This document shows, in pieces, positions 28,006-36,493 of a stretch of DNA of 64,000 bases. A program made the position numbers and the translations under genes. Within the stretch, counting starts at the first letter, position 1; the number at the start of each line of letters is the position of its first letter. The notes under the pieces are model-generated. The model was not told the DNA's origin, did not search any database, and saw nothing but the letters and a program-made list of their open reading frames with translations. Origin of the DNA: Gammaproteobacteria bacterium (lineage in GTDB: Bacteria > Pseudomonadota > Gammaproteobacteria > Eutrophobiales > Eutrophobiaceae); the NCBI GenBank assembly GCA_965226155.1, contig OZ245331.1, positions 1,182,064-1,246,063 on the forward strand. Direction: 5' to 3'.

Positions 28006-29505
28006 TTAGCTGCTTGCTATAGGATGCAGTTCATCGAGTGCGATGGAAAGGCCGTTAGCCATGACTATCCTTGCATGGTAACGCCTTAACTGACGTGGTT
28101 CTTTGACCCCACAAGAATGTGCAATAGTACCTACTTCCTTGATCATATTTTTTGCATAATTGTAGACACGTTCTGATTTTTGGACTGAGTCTAGGCCCTT
28201 TTGTAATTTTTTACTGTGCGTTGTTATCCCTGTTGGGCATGTATTCTTATTACACTGAAGTGCTTGTATACATCCCAGCGCAAACATAAAGCCCCTAGCT
28301 GAGTTAATAAAATCCGCCCCAATACATAAAGCCCATGCGACATTTGTCGGTGTGATGAGTTTGCCAGAAGCAATTACTTTTGTTCGTTCCCTGAGTCCAT
28401 AAGCATGTAACTTATCAATGACCAACGGTAGACTTTCTTTTAATGGTAAGCCCATATCATCCATAAGCGGCATCGGTGCCGCGCCTGTGCCACCGTCAGC
28501 ACTGTCTATAGTGATAAAATCCGGTGCGCTTTCGATTCCTCTTTCCTGAATTTCTTTAAACAGACTATCAAGCCATCCATAAGCACCAATGACAGCCTTC
28601 ATGCCTACAGGCTTCCCAGTGACTTCCCTTACATGTTGTATGAAATCAAGTAATTTAGTGACATTGTTAATTTCTGGATGGCCGTTAGGACTAATTGAAT
28701 CACCACCAATTGGGATGCCACGAATTTTGGCAATTTCAGCAGTGACTTTGCCGCCTGGTAATATTCCACCCTTACCGGGTTTAGCGCCCTGGCTCATTTT
28801 TATTTCGAACATCTTGACTTGATTGTGACTCGCAACTTCGCGCAATTTATCATCGCAGAGAGTCCCTTCTTTATCACGCACGCCATATTTAGCCGTACCA
28901 ATTTGGAAAATAATGTCTGCCCCTCCTTCTAGATGATACTGTGACAGACCACCTTCGCCTGTGTTCATCCAACAACCTGCCTTGCGCGCGCCATTCGATA
29001 GTGCAAGGACGGCGGGTTTTGATATAGCGCCAAAACTCATGCCAGATATATTGAACAGAGATGACGTCGTATAAGGGTTCTCACAACACATCCCGATCGT
29101 GATGGGGCTGGGCTCAACTATATCATTTCCCAATGTTGGAAATGGGCAATTAACGAAAAGGACAGTTCCAGTTGGCGTCAGGTCTCTCGATGATCCGAAT
29201 GCAATAGTATTATCAATGTTTTTTGCTGCTCTATACGCCCATGAACGTTGCGCCCGATTGAATGGCATTTCTTCACGATCCTGAGCAAAAAAGTATTGGC
29301 GAAAGAATTCGCCCAAATGCTCGAAGATATATCGAAAATGACCTATTACAGGATAATTTCGTCGAATCGCTTGTTTCGTTTGTGTAACATCTAATATAAA
29401 TATAACTATAACGGCCAAAAGACTTGCCCCAACGACGAAAATAAAAAGCACTGCCATAAATTCTAAAGTAGACAGTAGAAATGATTGAGTTTGATCAGAT
29501 AGCAT
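28006..29505 (-). CDS. FMN-binding glutamate synthase family protein (GltB domain-2-like), membrane anchored
   Basis: 499 aa; N-terminal TM; ISPNGHPE...GKPVGMKAVIG...ITIDSADGGTGAAP motifs of the glutamate-synthase-related FMN domain. Confidence 0.85.
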   Translation of the reverse strand: MLSDQTQSFLLSTLEFMAVLFIFVVGASLLAVIVIFILDVTQTKQAIRRNYPVIGHFRYIFEHLGEFFRQYFFAQDREEMPFNRAQRSWAYRAAKNIDNTIAFGSSRDLTPTGTVLFVNCPFPTLGNDIVEPSPITIGMCCENPYTTSSLFNISGMSFGAISKPAVLALSNGARKAGCWMNTGEGGLSQYHLEGGADIIFQIGTAKYGVRDKEGTLCDDKLREVASHNQVKMFEIKMSQGAKPGKGGILPGGKVTAEIAKIRGIPIGGDSISPNGHPEINNVTKLLDFIQHVREVTGKPVGMKAVIGAYGWLDSLFKEIQERGIESAPDFITIDSADGGTGAAPMPLMDDMGLPLKESLPLVIDKLHAYGLRERTKVIASGKLITPTNVAWALCIGADFINSARGFMFALGCIQALQCNKNTCPTGITTHSKKLQKGLDSVQKSERVYNYAKNMIKEVGTIAHSCGVKEPRQLRRYHARIVMANGLSIALDELHPIASS

Positions 29506-29556
29506 AATCGTCTATTCTCTTTAAGTTTTTATTTATATTTCGTCGTATTTAGAAAA

Positions 29557-30490
29557 CGCGGATTCAACTTTGAAGTGCAACGTTGATGTTAAAAAAGACT
29601 TCCTGTGGTGTTTTTGAATTAAGTGTTTTTCTGGGACGGTGATTGAGTTTTTTCATGACCAAGTTTAACTGCTTTTGTGTAATCGTGCTGGAGTCCATTT
29701 TCTTTGGGAAGTACTGTCGAATGAGACCATTGATATTTTCATTTAAACCCCGTTCCCAGGAGGCATAAGGATGTGCAAAATAGAACCCCGCGTTCAATTG
29801 TTGAGCAATAACCTCATGCTCAGCAAATTCTTTTCCATTATCCGAGGTGATCGTGTGAACCGACACTTTCATATTAGACAACAATCGCACGATAGCTTGC
29901 CTGACGGCAGAGGCAGTTCGTCGTTTCACCTGTTCAAATCAAGGTGTACATCGACTTGCGCTCGCTCAAGGTGACCAGCGCCTGTCGATGGCCTTTGCCG
30001 ATGACGGTGTCCACTTCCCAGTCACCGCCGTCTGCCTTGTCCTGGTATATGTAGTGATATATCCATTCATGACTCAGAGTGATACCTTCTCGTTTATGCA
30101 ACCGTTCACTGATTTGCTCAGGACTCCATTCGTCCCGCAGCCAGACCTCTACTCGCTCCCACAAGGTCGTGGTGAGTCGCTGTTGTTGGCTGGCTTCTCG
30201 ACGCGCTTGCTGGAGCAACTGAGCTTGGCGGGGTCGATAGCCTCTCAAACCACGGTTGCGTCTGAGTTCACGGCTAATAGTAGATTTATGCACGCCTATC
30301 AAGGCGGCTATCTCCGTTTGTGTATGTCCTGCTTTCATCAGGGCGTAAATCTGGTAACGTTGATGCTCGGTAAGCTGTGTGTAGTGTCTCATCTGTGCCT
30401 CTCTTTCTTGCTGGAACGAAAGGTAAGGATGCTACCGCAGCTTGCCGTTCGTGCCACCTAATTGAGTTGCACTTACAAATTGAATTCACG
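29557..30490 (-). mobile_element. IS30-family insertion sequence, copy 3 (defective, 934 bp)
   Basis: Both ends present and flanked by an AAA/AAA duplication. Internal 135-bp deletion between CGGTGA repeats, plus a +1 T and a TGA in the transposase. Confidence 0.9.
29564..30392 (-). pseudogene. IS30 transposase remnant
   Basis: Split into 152-aa and 121-aa ORFs. Lacks ELYRYLRCQKKRKKRYG.YQRRGVLVNQGSIDK.PAIVNRKTRIG relative to copies 1 and 2. Confidence 0.9.
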
Positions 30491-30611
30491 AAATATCAAT
30501 TAGGAAATTTATATAACTATACCGCATTTCTATCTGTTTTGTTCTATCAGCACAAGAGTAATTTATACATTAATGGCTAATTTAAAAAATCAGTGCAACC
30601 ACTATTAGGAG

Positions 30612-31463
30612 GTGAAGGTGACTTCATTTAACTATCGATTATGGAGAGACGCCCTAAGAAATTTAGGGTTGCTGGCCGTTTGCCTATTGTTGCCGGTAAT
30701 CAGCTGGGCCGCTGACACATCTGCCGCCCGGTTATTAGAAATTGCCAATGGTAAACATCGAACGGATAAACAAATTGCAAGAAATGTTCATCGGCATCCT
30801 GTAGAAACCTTAGTATTTTTGGGCATCAGCAATAATATGACAGTCATAGAGATCACACCCGGAAGTGGTTGGTATACTTCGATACTGGCGCCTTTTCTGC
30901 GAGACAATGGCAAACTTTATGCGGCTGGCCAAGACCCTGATTCAAAAAATGCAGGGCGCATACGTCAAAATATTGCCTTGAAGAAATTATTAGACGAACG
31001 TCCAGATATTTATGACAAAGTTATCACGACGGCAGTAGCACCAGGCAGATATGAAGTGGCACCTGCCAGTAGCGCAGATATGGTGCTGACTTTCCGCAAT
31101 ATTCATAATTGGCAGTGGGATGGCCTTGGTCGGGATGTCTTCGTTGAAATGTATAATGCATTGAAACCTGGCGGTATCCTTGGGGTAGTGGAACACAGGG
31201 CTGATCCTGGGATGCCATCGCCGGAAACGAGAGGCGTTGCTTATGTTAGTGAAGAGTACGCAATAAAGCTTATTGAATCCGCCGGATTCAAATTCCTAGG
31301 CAAATCTGAGATCAACTCCAATCCCAAAGATACCAAAGATTACCCTCGTGGTGTTTGGACACTGCCGCCAATATATAGGTTAGGGGATGAGGATCGGGAT
31401 AAGTACACTGCCATCGGCGAATCAGATCGATTTACAATGAAATTCATGAAACCCGTAGAGTAG
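30612..31463 (+). CDS. class I SAM-dependent methyltransferase-fold protein with signal peptide
   Basis: N-terminal LLAVCLLLPVISWAAD signal; motif I-like VIEITPGSGWYT; GGILGVVEH. Start at GTG 30612 or 30618, after AGGAGG. Confidence 0.7.
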   Translation: MKVTSFNYRLWRDALRNLGLLAVCLLLPVISWAADTSAARLLEIANGKHRTDKQIARNVHRHPVETLVFLGISNNMTVIEITPGSGWYTSILAPFLRDNGKLYAAGQDPDSKNAGRIRQNIALKKLLDERPDIYDKVITTAVAPGRYEVAPASSADMVLTFRNIHNWQWDGLGRDVFVEMYNALKPGGILGVVEHRADPGMPSPETRGVAYVSEEYAIKLIESAGFKFLGKSEINSNPKDTKDYPRGVWTLPPIYRLGDEDRDKYTAIGESDRFTMKFMKPVE

Positions 31464-31515
31464 TAGTGCGAATGTGATAAGCATTACTGATGTAACTATA
31501 GTAAAGTAGCCGCCA

Positions 31516-31887
31516 ATGAAATCCATTTTATTAACAGATGACGACCCAGAAATTGTAGAGTTAATTAAAATTAAGCTCTCTGATTCTGATTATCAATTGG
31601 TAATAGCGAGTGATGGTGAGGAAGCTGTCCGCATAGGCTTAGAACAATCCCCAGATCTGATCTTAATGGATATCAATATGCCAAACATGAATGGTTTTGA
31701 TGCTACACAAACTCTACGAAGCAAAGGATTTAAAAATCCGATAATTATATTGACAAGTTCTGAGTCGGAATAAGATCGAAAGACAGCCGAAGATTTAGGT
31801 TGCAATGGGTATATTTTGAAAACACGCGACCTGACCAATGTCAAAAGTTTAATAAATATGGCCCTTCTCCATTATTTGGAGTTCTGA
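31516..31887 (+). pseudogene. single-domain CheY-like response regulator with an in-frame TAA
   Basis: DDD, LMDINMP and ILTS motifs are followed by TAA at 31771-31773. The same frame continues DRKTAEDLGCNGYILKTRDL..., which contains the conserved Lys. Confidence 0.75.
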
Positions 31888-31913
31888 GTCAGTTCATAAA
31901 TCTTACAGAAGTG

Positions 31914-32543
31914 TCAATTACCAGTTTTGCGCTCTTGCTCAACTAAATAATCGATAATCGCTATTAAATTATCAAACGATTTAGCCAACGTTGCTGTTGA
32001 CAAATATTTGCCGTTTACCATCACGGAAGGTACGCCAGTCAGTTTGTAATTACGGGCAGTGAAATAGGCCTGTCTAATCTTTATATCTAATTCGTTAGAA
32101 TTGAAAATTTTTCTGAACTCGTCTTTGCTGACACCGTGACTAGTAAAAAATTTTTCGAGTTCGGCCTCAGTGTATAGCGGTTTTTCATCCTTATGAATTG
32201 CATCAAACAATGGGTTATGGATTTTGTCTACGACACCTAGTTTTTCTGCAACAAAATATGCCTTGGCTTGGGGAATCCAACTCTGGTTAAGAACACCCGG
32301 AATGCGTATGAACTCAACGTCATCAGCTTTAGTCTCGAGCCATTTATCAATGTAAGGTTCGAAAGCATAACAATGCGGGCATCCGTACCAGAACACTTCT
32401 ATGACCTCGATTTTGTCACCAGTTTGTGTGGGTTGATTCGGTTGGATTAATTGAAACTTGCCTTCATGTTCTTGAGCGCTAATTTGAGTAGATAAGAATA
32501 CTGTGAAAAACAGTGTCGCCAGCACTTTAATTGTTTTTGTCAT
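31914..32543 (-). CDS. dsbA: thiol:disulfide interchange protein DsbA
   Basis: Signal peptide; active site FWYGCPHCYAFEP; 209 aa. Confidence 0.9.
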   Translation of the reverse strand: MTKTIKVLATLFFTVFLSTQISAQEHEGKFQLIQPNQPTQTGDKIEVIEVFWYGCPHCYAFEPYIDKWLETKADDVEFIRIPGVLNQSWIPQAKAYFVAEKLGVVDKIHNPLFDAIHKDEKPLYTEAELEKFFTSHGVSKDEFRKIFNSNELDIKIRQAYFTARNYKLTGVPSVMVNGKYLSTATLAKSFDNLIAIIDYLVEQERKTGN

Positions 32544-32656
32544 AAAGGTAGTCCTTCTCAGATAGTCCTGATAGTTTTTGCCGTACTGTGAATTTAATAC
32601 TTTAGATAGGAAAATGTGCGTAGTGTTCCTGAACTCACACTAAATTAACGTTACTG

Positions 32657-33280
32657 CTAATATAATCCCTGAATATATAAGGATACAGCTTCTATTCCCT
32701 CGTTTGTCATCTTAATGGCGATATCCCGCATAACCTTGTTGACGTCATTGTCGCGGGTTTCTGATTTAAACGTTTTTAATTGAGTAGCGGTATAGTCCGC
32801 GTATTGACCGCTTAATAGTGGGAAGAGTGCCGCTGGATTACCCGCAGCGCTTGGACCATGGCACGCCATACATGCGGGTAGGCCGGATGTGGCATCGCCT
32901 GCACGGTATATTCGCTCACCCAGTTCTACCACTTTATATTCAACAGTTCCGGGTACTTGAGAATCAGTTGTTAATTCTTGTAATGCATAATAGGCCGAAA
33001 TGTCAGCCATATCCTGTTCACTCAAGGGCATTGCCATGGGTGTCATCTGATCATTCTTCCTAACACCGGACTTGAATTCCAACAGTTGTTTAAAGTTATA
33101 TTCTTCGTGCTGTGCAGCAAGACTAGGCCAAACGGAATTAGTGCTGTTTCCATTTGGACCATGACATACGGCACATGTTTGTATCTTCTGCTCGCCTGCT
33201 AATGGATCACCTGCAGCACTAATTTGGTTCGAGACCCAAAATATTACAAGACTAAAGGCGCATACGTAATTGTTTACCAT
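32657..33280 (-). CDS. dihaem cytochrome c4
   Basis: Two CxxCH sites (CAVCHG, CMACHG) in a 207-aa secreted protein; dsbA / cytochrome c4 / engB neighbourhood as in Pseudomonas. Confidence 0.88.
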   Translation of the reverse strand: MVNNYVCAFSLVIFWVSNQISAAGDPLAGEQKIQTCAVCHGPNGNSTNSVWPSLAAQHEEYNFKQLLEFKSGVRKNDQMTPMAMPLSEQDMADISAYYALQELTTDSQVPGTVEYKVVELGERIYRAGDATSGLPACMACHGPSAAGNPAALFPLLSGQYADYTATQLKTFKSETRDNDVNKVMRDIAIKMTNEGIEAVSLYIQGLY

Positions 33281-33416
33281 TCGGTGTATCCTTTGTTATT
33301 TATTAATTACTCAGGTTTGCCAGATATTGTAATCATGACATATTACCTAATAATTCAGAAAAAATGGATGAATATCTGGCGTAAATTTCAAATAGTTGCT
33401 GGTTTTACGCCTTCCT

Positions 33417-34007
33417 ATGTCAGATGATCCTTACCGGGAAGCGACTTATCTCCTGAGTGCTCACACACTGGATCAATTGCCGGATGATACTGGACATGAA
33501 GTGGCGTTTTTTGGTAGGTCAAATGTCGGTAAATCCAGTGTGATAAATGCAATTACAGGCAGAAGAGCCTTGGCAAGAACCAGTAAACTTCCTGGCAGGA
33601 CTCAACAATTAAATTATTTCCTGATAAATGACGATGTACGGTTGGTCGATCTGCCAGGATATGGCTATGCAAAAGTTCCCAAGCAACTGAAAGCGCAATG
33701 GTCAGAATTGATTAATGGCTATTTTAATTTACGTCAGTCCCTAGCCGGACTGGTACTCATTGTGGATATTCGACGTGATATTACTGAGCAGGAGCTGACT
33801 ATTCTGAACTGGTGCGAGACAGTGGAAATTCCAGTCCATCTGTTGGTTAATAAGGCTGATAAGCTGGCCTTTGGCGCAAGGGAAAAGGCTCTAGACCGGT
33901 GGAAACGTCCGGCGGCAAAATCCGGATCGGTACAGTTATTTTCAGCCACCCGTAAAACCGGAATTAGTGAGCTTATAGCAGCGCTGGATGAATGGTTGTT
34001 TAAGTAA
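33417..34007 (+). CDS. engB: ribosome-biogenesis GTPase YihA/EngB
   Basis: EVAFFGRSNVGKSSVINAIT, DLPGYGYAK, NKADK motifs. Start set at ATG 33417; the track ORF starts at TTG 33396. Confidence 0.88.
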   Translation: MSDDPYREATYLLSAHTLDQLPDDTGHEVAFFGRSNVGKSSVINAITGRRALARTSKLPGRTQQLNYFLINDDVRLVDLPGYGYAKVPKQLKAQWSELINGYFNLRQSLAGLVLIVDIRRDITEQELTILNWCETVEIPVHLLVNKADKLAFGAREKALDRWKRPAAKSGSVQLFSATRKTGISELIAALDEWLFK

Positions 34008-34020
34008 ATCTAGAGAGAAA

Positions 34021-34140
34021 AAGGTTGGCCCCGGCTTTGGTCTGGGGAGAGATTTGTACGCCGAGGCCAGAATAACCCGGTTTGGGGGAACCGGGTCGGA
34101 TGCCCGTCCTTAAGGGTAGAACGGGTTATCTTGGGGTGTA
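34021..34140 (+). other. GC-rich structured element (candidate ncRNA or attenuator), strand uncertain
   Basis: Nested or adjacent hairpins seen by eye: TTGGCCCCGG/CCGAGGCCAG, ACCCGGT-TTGGGGGA-ACCGGGT, CCCGT...ACGGG, and AATAACCCG/CGGGTTAT. Sits in an AT-rich spacer. Confidence 0.3.
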
Positions 34141-34197
34141 TTATTATGACAACAGTAACGGCGTTTTGTTCCAGCAAAAGGAGAAGTGATGCGAGGT

Positions 34198-34431
34198 TTA
34201 TTCACAGATGGTGCCGGACTTTGGATGATTTCCCGATATTTTTCGATGAGACACCCCTGAAACCCACAGAAGTAGGTATATCTATTTGTTATTTATACTA
34301 TTTATTTTGATGTATAAATTTTAACAAATTTGTTTCAAACGTAATATGCAAGCCATTCTCAGCTCGGTCTGCTCATTTCATCCACAGAGATACCCACAAA
34401 ATTTGTGGATAAAAAACGAACTCTTTTCACA
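34198..34431. promoter_or_regulatory. cluster of DnaA-box-like 9-mers flanking an AT-rich tract
   Basis: TTATTCACA (34198), TGTGGATAA (34404, perfect), TCATCCACA (34378, 1 mismatch), plus three 2-mismatch sites (34260, 34390, 34423). AT-rich run about 34275-34345. Confidence 0.35.
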
Positions 34432-34567
34432 GCACATAGTTAAGAATTAATTTCTAGAAAATTCATTAAAGATACTAGCTAACATCCATTCAAATCCGTC
34501 GTCGCGGGAGCCCCCATAGTTCATAATTTTATCGTACGAATAGCAGATCAAAGTTTGTTGCTGCCTA

Positions 34568-34597
34568 AGCAAAAAACGCCCGGATAGGGCGTTTTTG
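34568..34597 (-). terminator. rho-independent terminator of rpmE
   Basis: AAAAACGCCC-GGATA-GGGCGTTTTT hairpin with a T-run on the minus strand, about 30 nt after the rpmE stop. Confidence 0.75.
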
Positions 34598-34626
34598 AGC
34601 GAGTGATCCGTATTAATTAAGTGAAT

Positions 34627-34836
34627 TTATGACTGAATGCCATATTTACGTCGGAACTTGTCAACCCGGCCAGCTGTATCGAGTATTTTCTGTTTGCCCG
34701 TGTAAAACGGATGGCAATCAGAGCAAACCTCGATGTGGAGATTCTTTTCACCAAACGTTGATTTGGTATTAAACGAATTACCGCAACTGCAGGTTACGGC
34801 GACTTCGCTGTATTGGGGATGTATGTCTGCTTTCAT
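34627..34836 (-). CDS. rpmE: 50S ribosomal protein L31 (zinc-binding type)
   Basis: MKADIHPQY...CSCG...[13 protein letters not shown]. Confidence 0.93.
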   Translation of the reverse strand: MKADIHPQYSEVAVTCSCGNSFNTKSTFGEKNLHIEVCSDCHPFYTGKQKILDTAGRVDKFRRKYGIQS

Positions 34837-34953
34837 GATGCTTTCTCTATACTCTCGAATCCCTAATTTTAGGGGCCAAGAAGTGTATGTGATTATTCTT
34901 GCACGTGCAACATCAGTCCTAGTCTAAATAGCCATGCCCACAATCTTAGCTTG

Positions 34954-35724
34954 TTAAAGGTCGAATTCTGCAAATACGGGAACATGGTCTGAGGGGCGTT
35001 CGAGTTTCCTCGGTGCTTTGTCAATTTGACAAGATAGGCACAACTTAGCCAATTCGTCTGAAGCCAGGATATGGTCAATTCTGAGACCCCGGTTGCGGCG
35101 AAATGCAGCTGCACGATAATCCCACCAGGAGAAATGACCAGCCTCTTGGTTAAATATCCTGAAGCAATCTGTCATCCCAGCCTCAATCAGCTTGAAATAG
35201 GACTCTCTTTCGAGTTCGCCGCATAGAATTTTTCCTTCCCATTCAGCTGGATCATGTACGTCCTCGTCTGCGGGTGCGATATTGAGGTCCCCAAGCAGGA
35301 TGCAGAATTTGTGTTGCTTTATAAGTTGTACTAAATAGGAATGCAGATGTGATAACCATTCTAGCTTGTATTGATATTTTTCCGAACCAACTTCAGAGCC
35401 GTTTGGTACGTATAAATTGAGCACACACAGTTGGCCATATTGCACACATAATATTCTCCGTTGCGGGTCTTGATAGTTGGGAAAACCCGTGGCGATTATG
35501 TTGGCTTGCTTCTTGGTGAGAATAGCAACACCGTTATACGTTTTTTGGCCTGAAAAAACGGATTGATAACCAATGTCTGTAAATTCTGATATCGGGAAAG
35601 ATTCATCTGGCAGTTTTAATTCTTGTAGTGCGAGGACATCAGGGCTTTCTGATTTTATCCAATCAATGACATGTGATTTACGTACTCGCAGTGAATTGAC
35701 ATTCCACGTTGCAATCTTAAGCAT
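34954..35724 (-). CDS. xthA: exodeoxyribonuclease III
   Basis: MLKIATWNVNSLRVR...LALQELK...RIDHIL, typical ExoIII/AP endonuclease; 256 aa. Confidence 0.9.
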   Translation of the reverse strand: MLKIATWNVNSLRVRKSHVIDWIKSESPDVLALQELKLPDESFPISEFTDIGYQSVFSGQKTYNGVAILTKKQANIIATGFPNYQDPQRRILCVQYGQLCVLNLYVPNGSEVGSEKYQYKLEWLSHLHSYLVQLIKQHKFCILLGDLNIAPADEDVHDPAEWEGKILCGELERESYFKLIEAGMTDCFRIFNQEAGHFSWWDYRAAAFRRNRGLRIDHILASDELAKLCLSCQIDKAPRKLERPSDHVPVFAEFDL

Positions 35725-35753
35725 AGCTAATCAAGGTAACTTCGTCGCCTAGC

Positions 35754-36491
35754 CTATACTCTGAACCCACTGTGTCTTCGTCTGTTTATGACATCCATCA
35801 GGTAAATGCCTAGTACCATTCCTGCCATTAGCGCTATCGACAGAAAAATTAACAGATTACGCCAGTTAAATGGCTCATCTTCTATCAAGTCATCAAGAGT
35901 GATTTCCCAATCCTCGAGGCCTGAACCTTCAAGTATTTGGGCGAGTTGTACTTCAAGTTGCTTGTTTTGGCGAGATAGCTGGTCAATCTTTTCGTACAAG
36001 GAATCATTACTGCCTCCGTCTCCCCGTCGTTTTTGCAGTTCTAATAATTCAACTTGTAGTTCCCCAGTTCTGACCTTCTCGGATTTGTATTGCTGTTCGA
36101 GATCAGTATTTTCGTTTTGAAGTTGTGTGAGAGTTGCATTTACTCCAGCTGGGTTTTGTTGTTTAGCTTTGGACAAGGATTCTTCCAGCGCCTTAATCCT
36201 GGCTTCTGCATTCTTGGTTGTAGCGGGAAGCCCCTGTTTTACCAGATAGCTGTTGTCTATCCAGCCACTTGCTCCCCCTGGCTCCTTTACGAAGGAAACA
36301 TTGTTTTCAACCTTGATTATTTCCAGAGGGGTGCCGGTGGTTATGATTTTAATAATGGGACTGTTAACGGACTTATTTGTATGAAGCCCAACCTTTAGCT
36401 GATCAGTTACGTACTGGGTTTCAGCTGTTGCTGAAATAGATATTGCAACTAAGATGAGAAAAAAAATGCTGGTTAGAAAGCGGTTGATCAT
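35754..36491 (-). CDS. bacterial SH3-domain protein with coiled coil and C-terminal TM (YgiM-like)
   Basis: Signal peptide, SH3b-like N-domain (YVTDQLKVGLH...GWIDNSYL), coiled coil, C-terminal TM. Confidence 0.7.
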   Translation of the reverse strand: MINRFLTSIFFLILVAISISATAETQYVTDQLKVGLHTNKSVNSPIIKIITTGTPLEIIKVENNVSFVKEPGGASGWIDNSYLVKQGLPATTKNAEARIKALEESLSKAKQQNPAGVNATLTQLQNENTDLEQQYKSEKVRTGELQVELLELQKRRGDGGSNDSLYEKIDQLSRQNKQLEVQLAQILEGSGLEDWEITLDDLIEDEPFNWRNLLIFLSIALMAGMVLGIYLMDVINRRRHSGFRV

Positions 36492-36493
36492 AT

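Noticed and set aside
34040-34075. Glycine-riboswitch-like strings (CTGGGGAGAG ... CGCCGAGG) in the GC-rich element.
   Set aside because: The spacing leaves no room for the P2 hairpin between the GGAGAG and GCCGAAGG elements. The conserved GCAA and the second aptamer are missing, and no glycine-cleavage or transporter gene follows.
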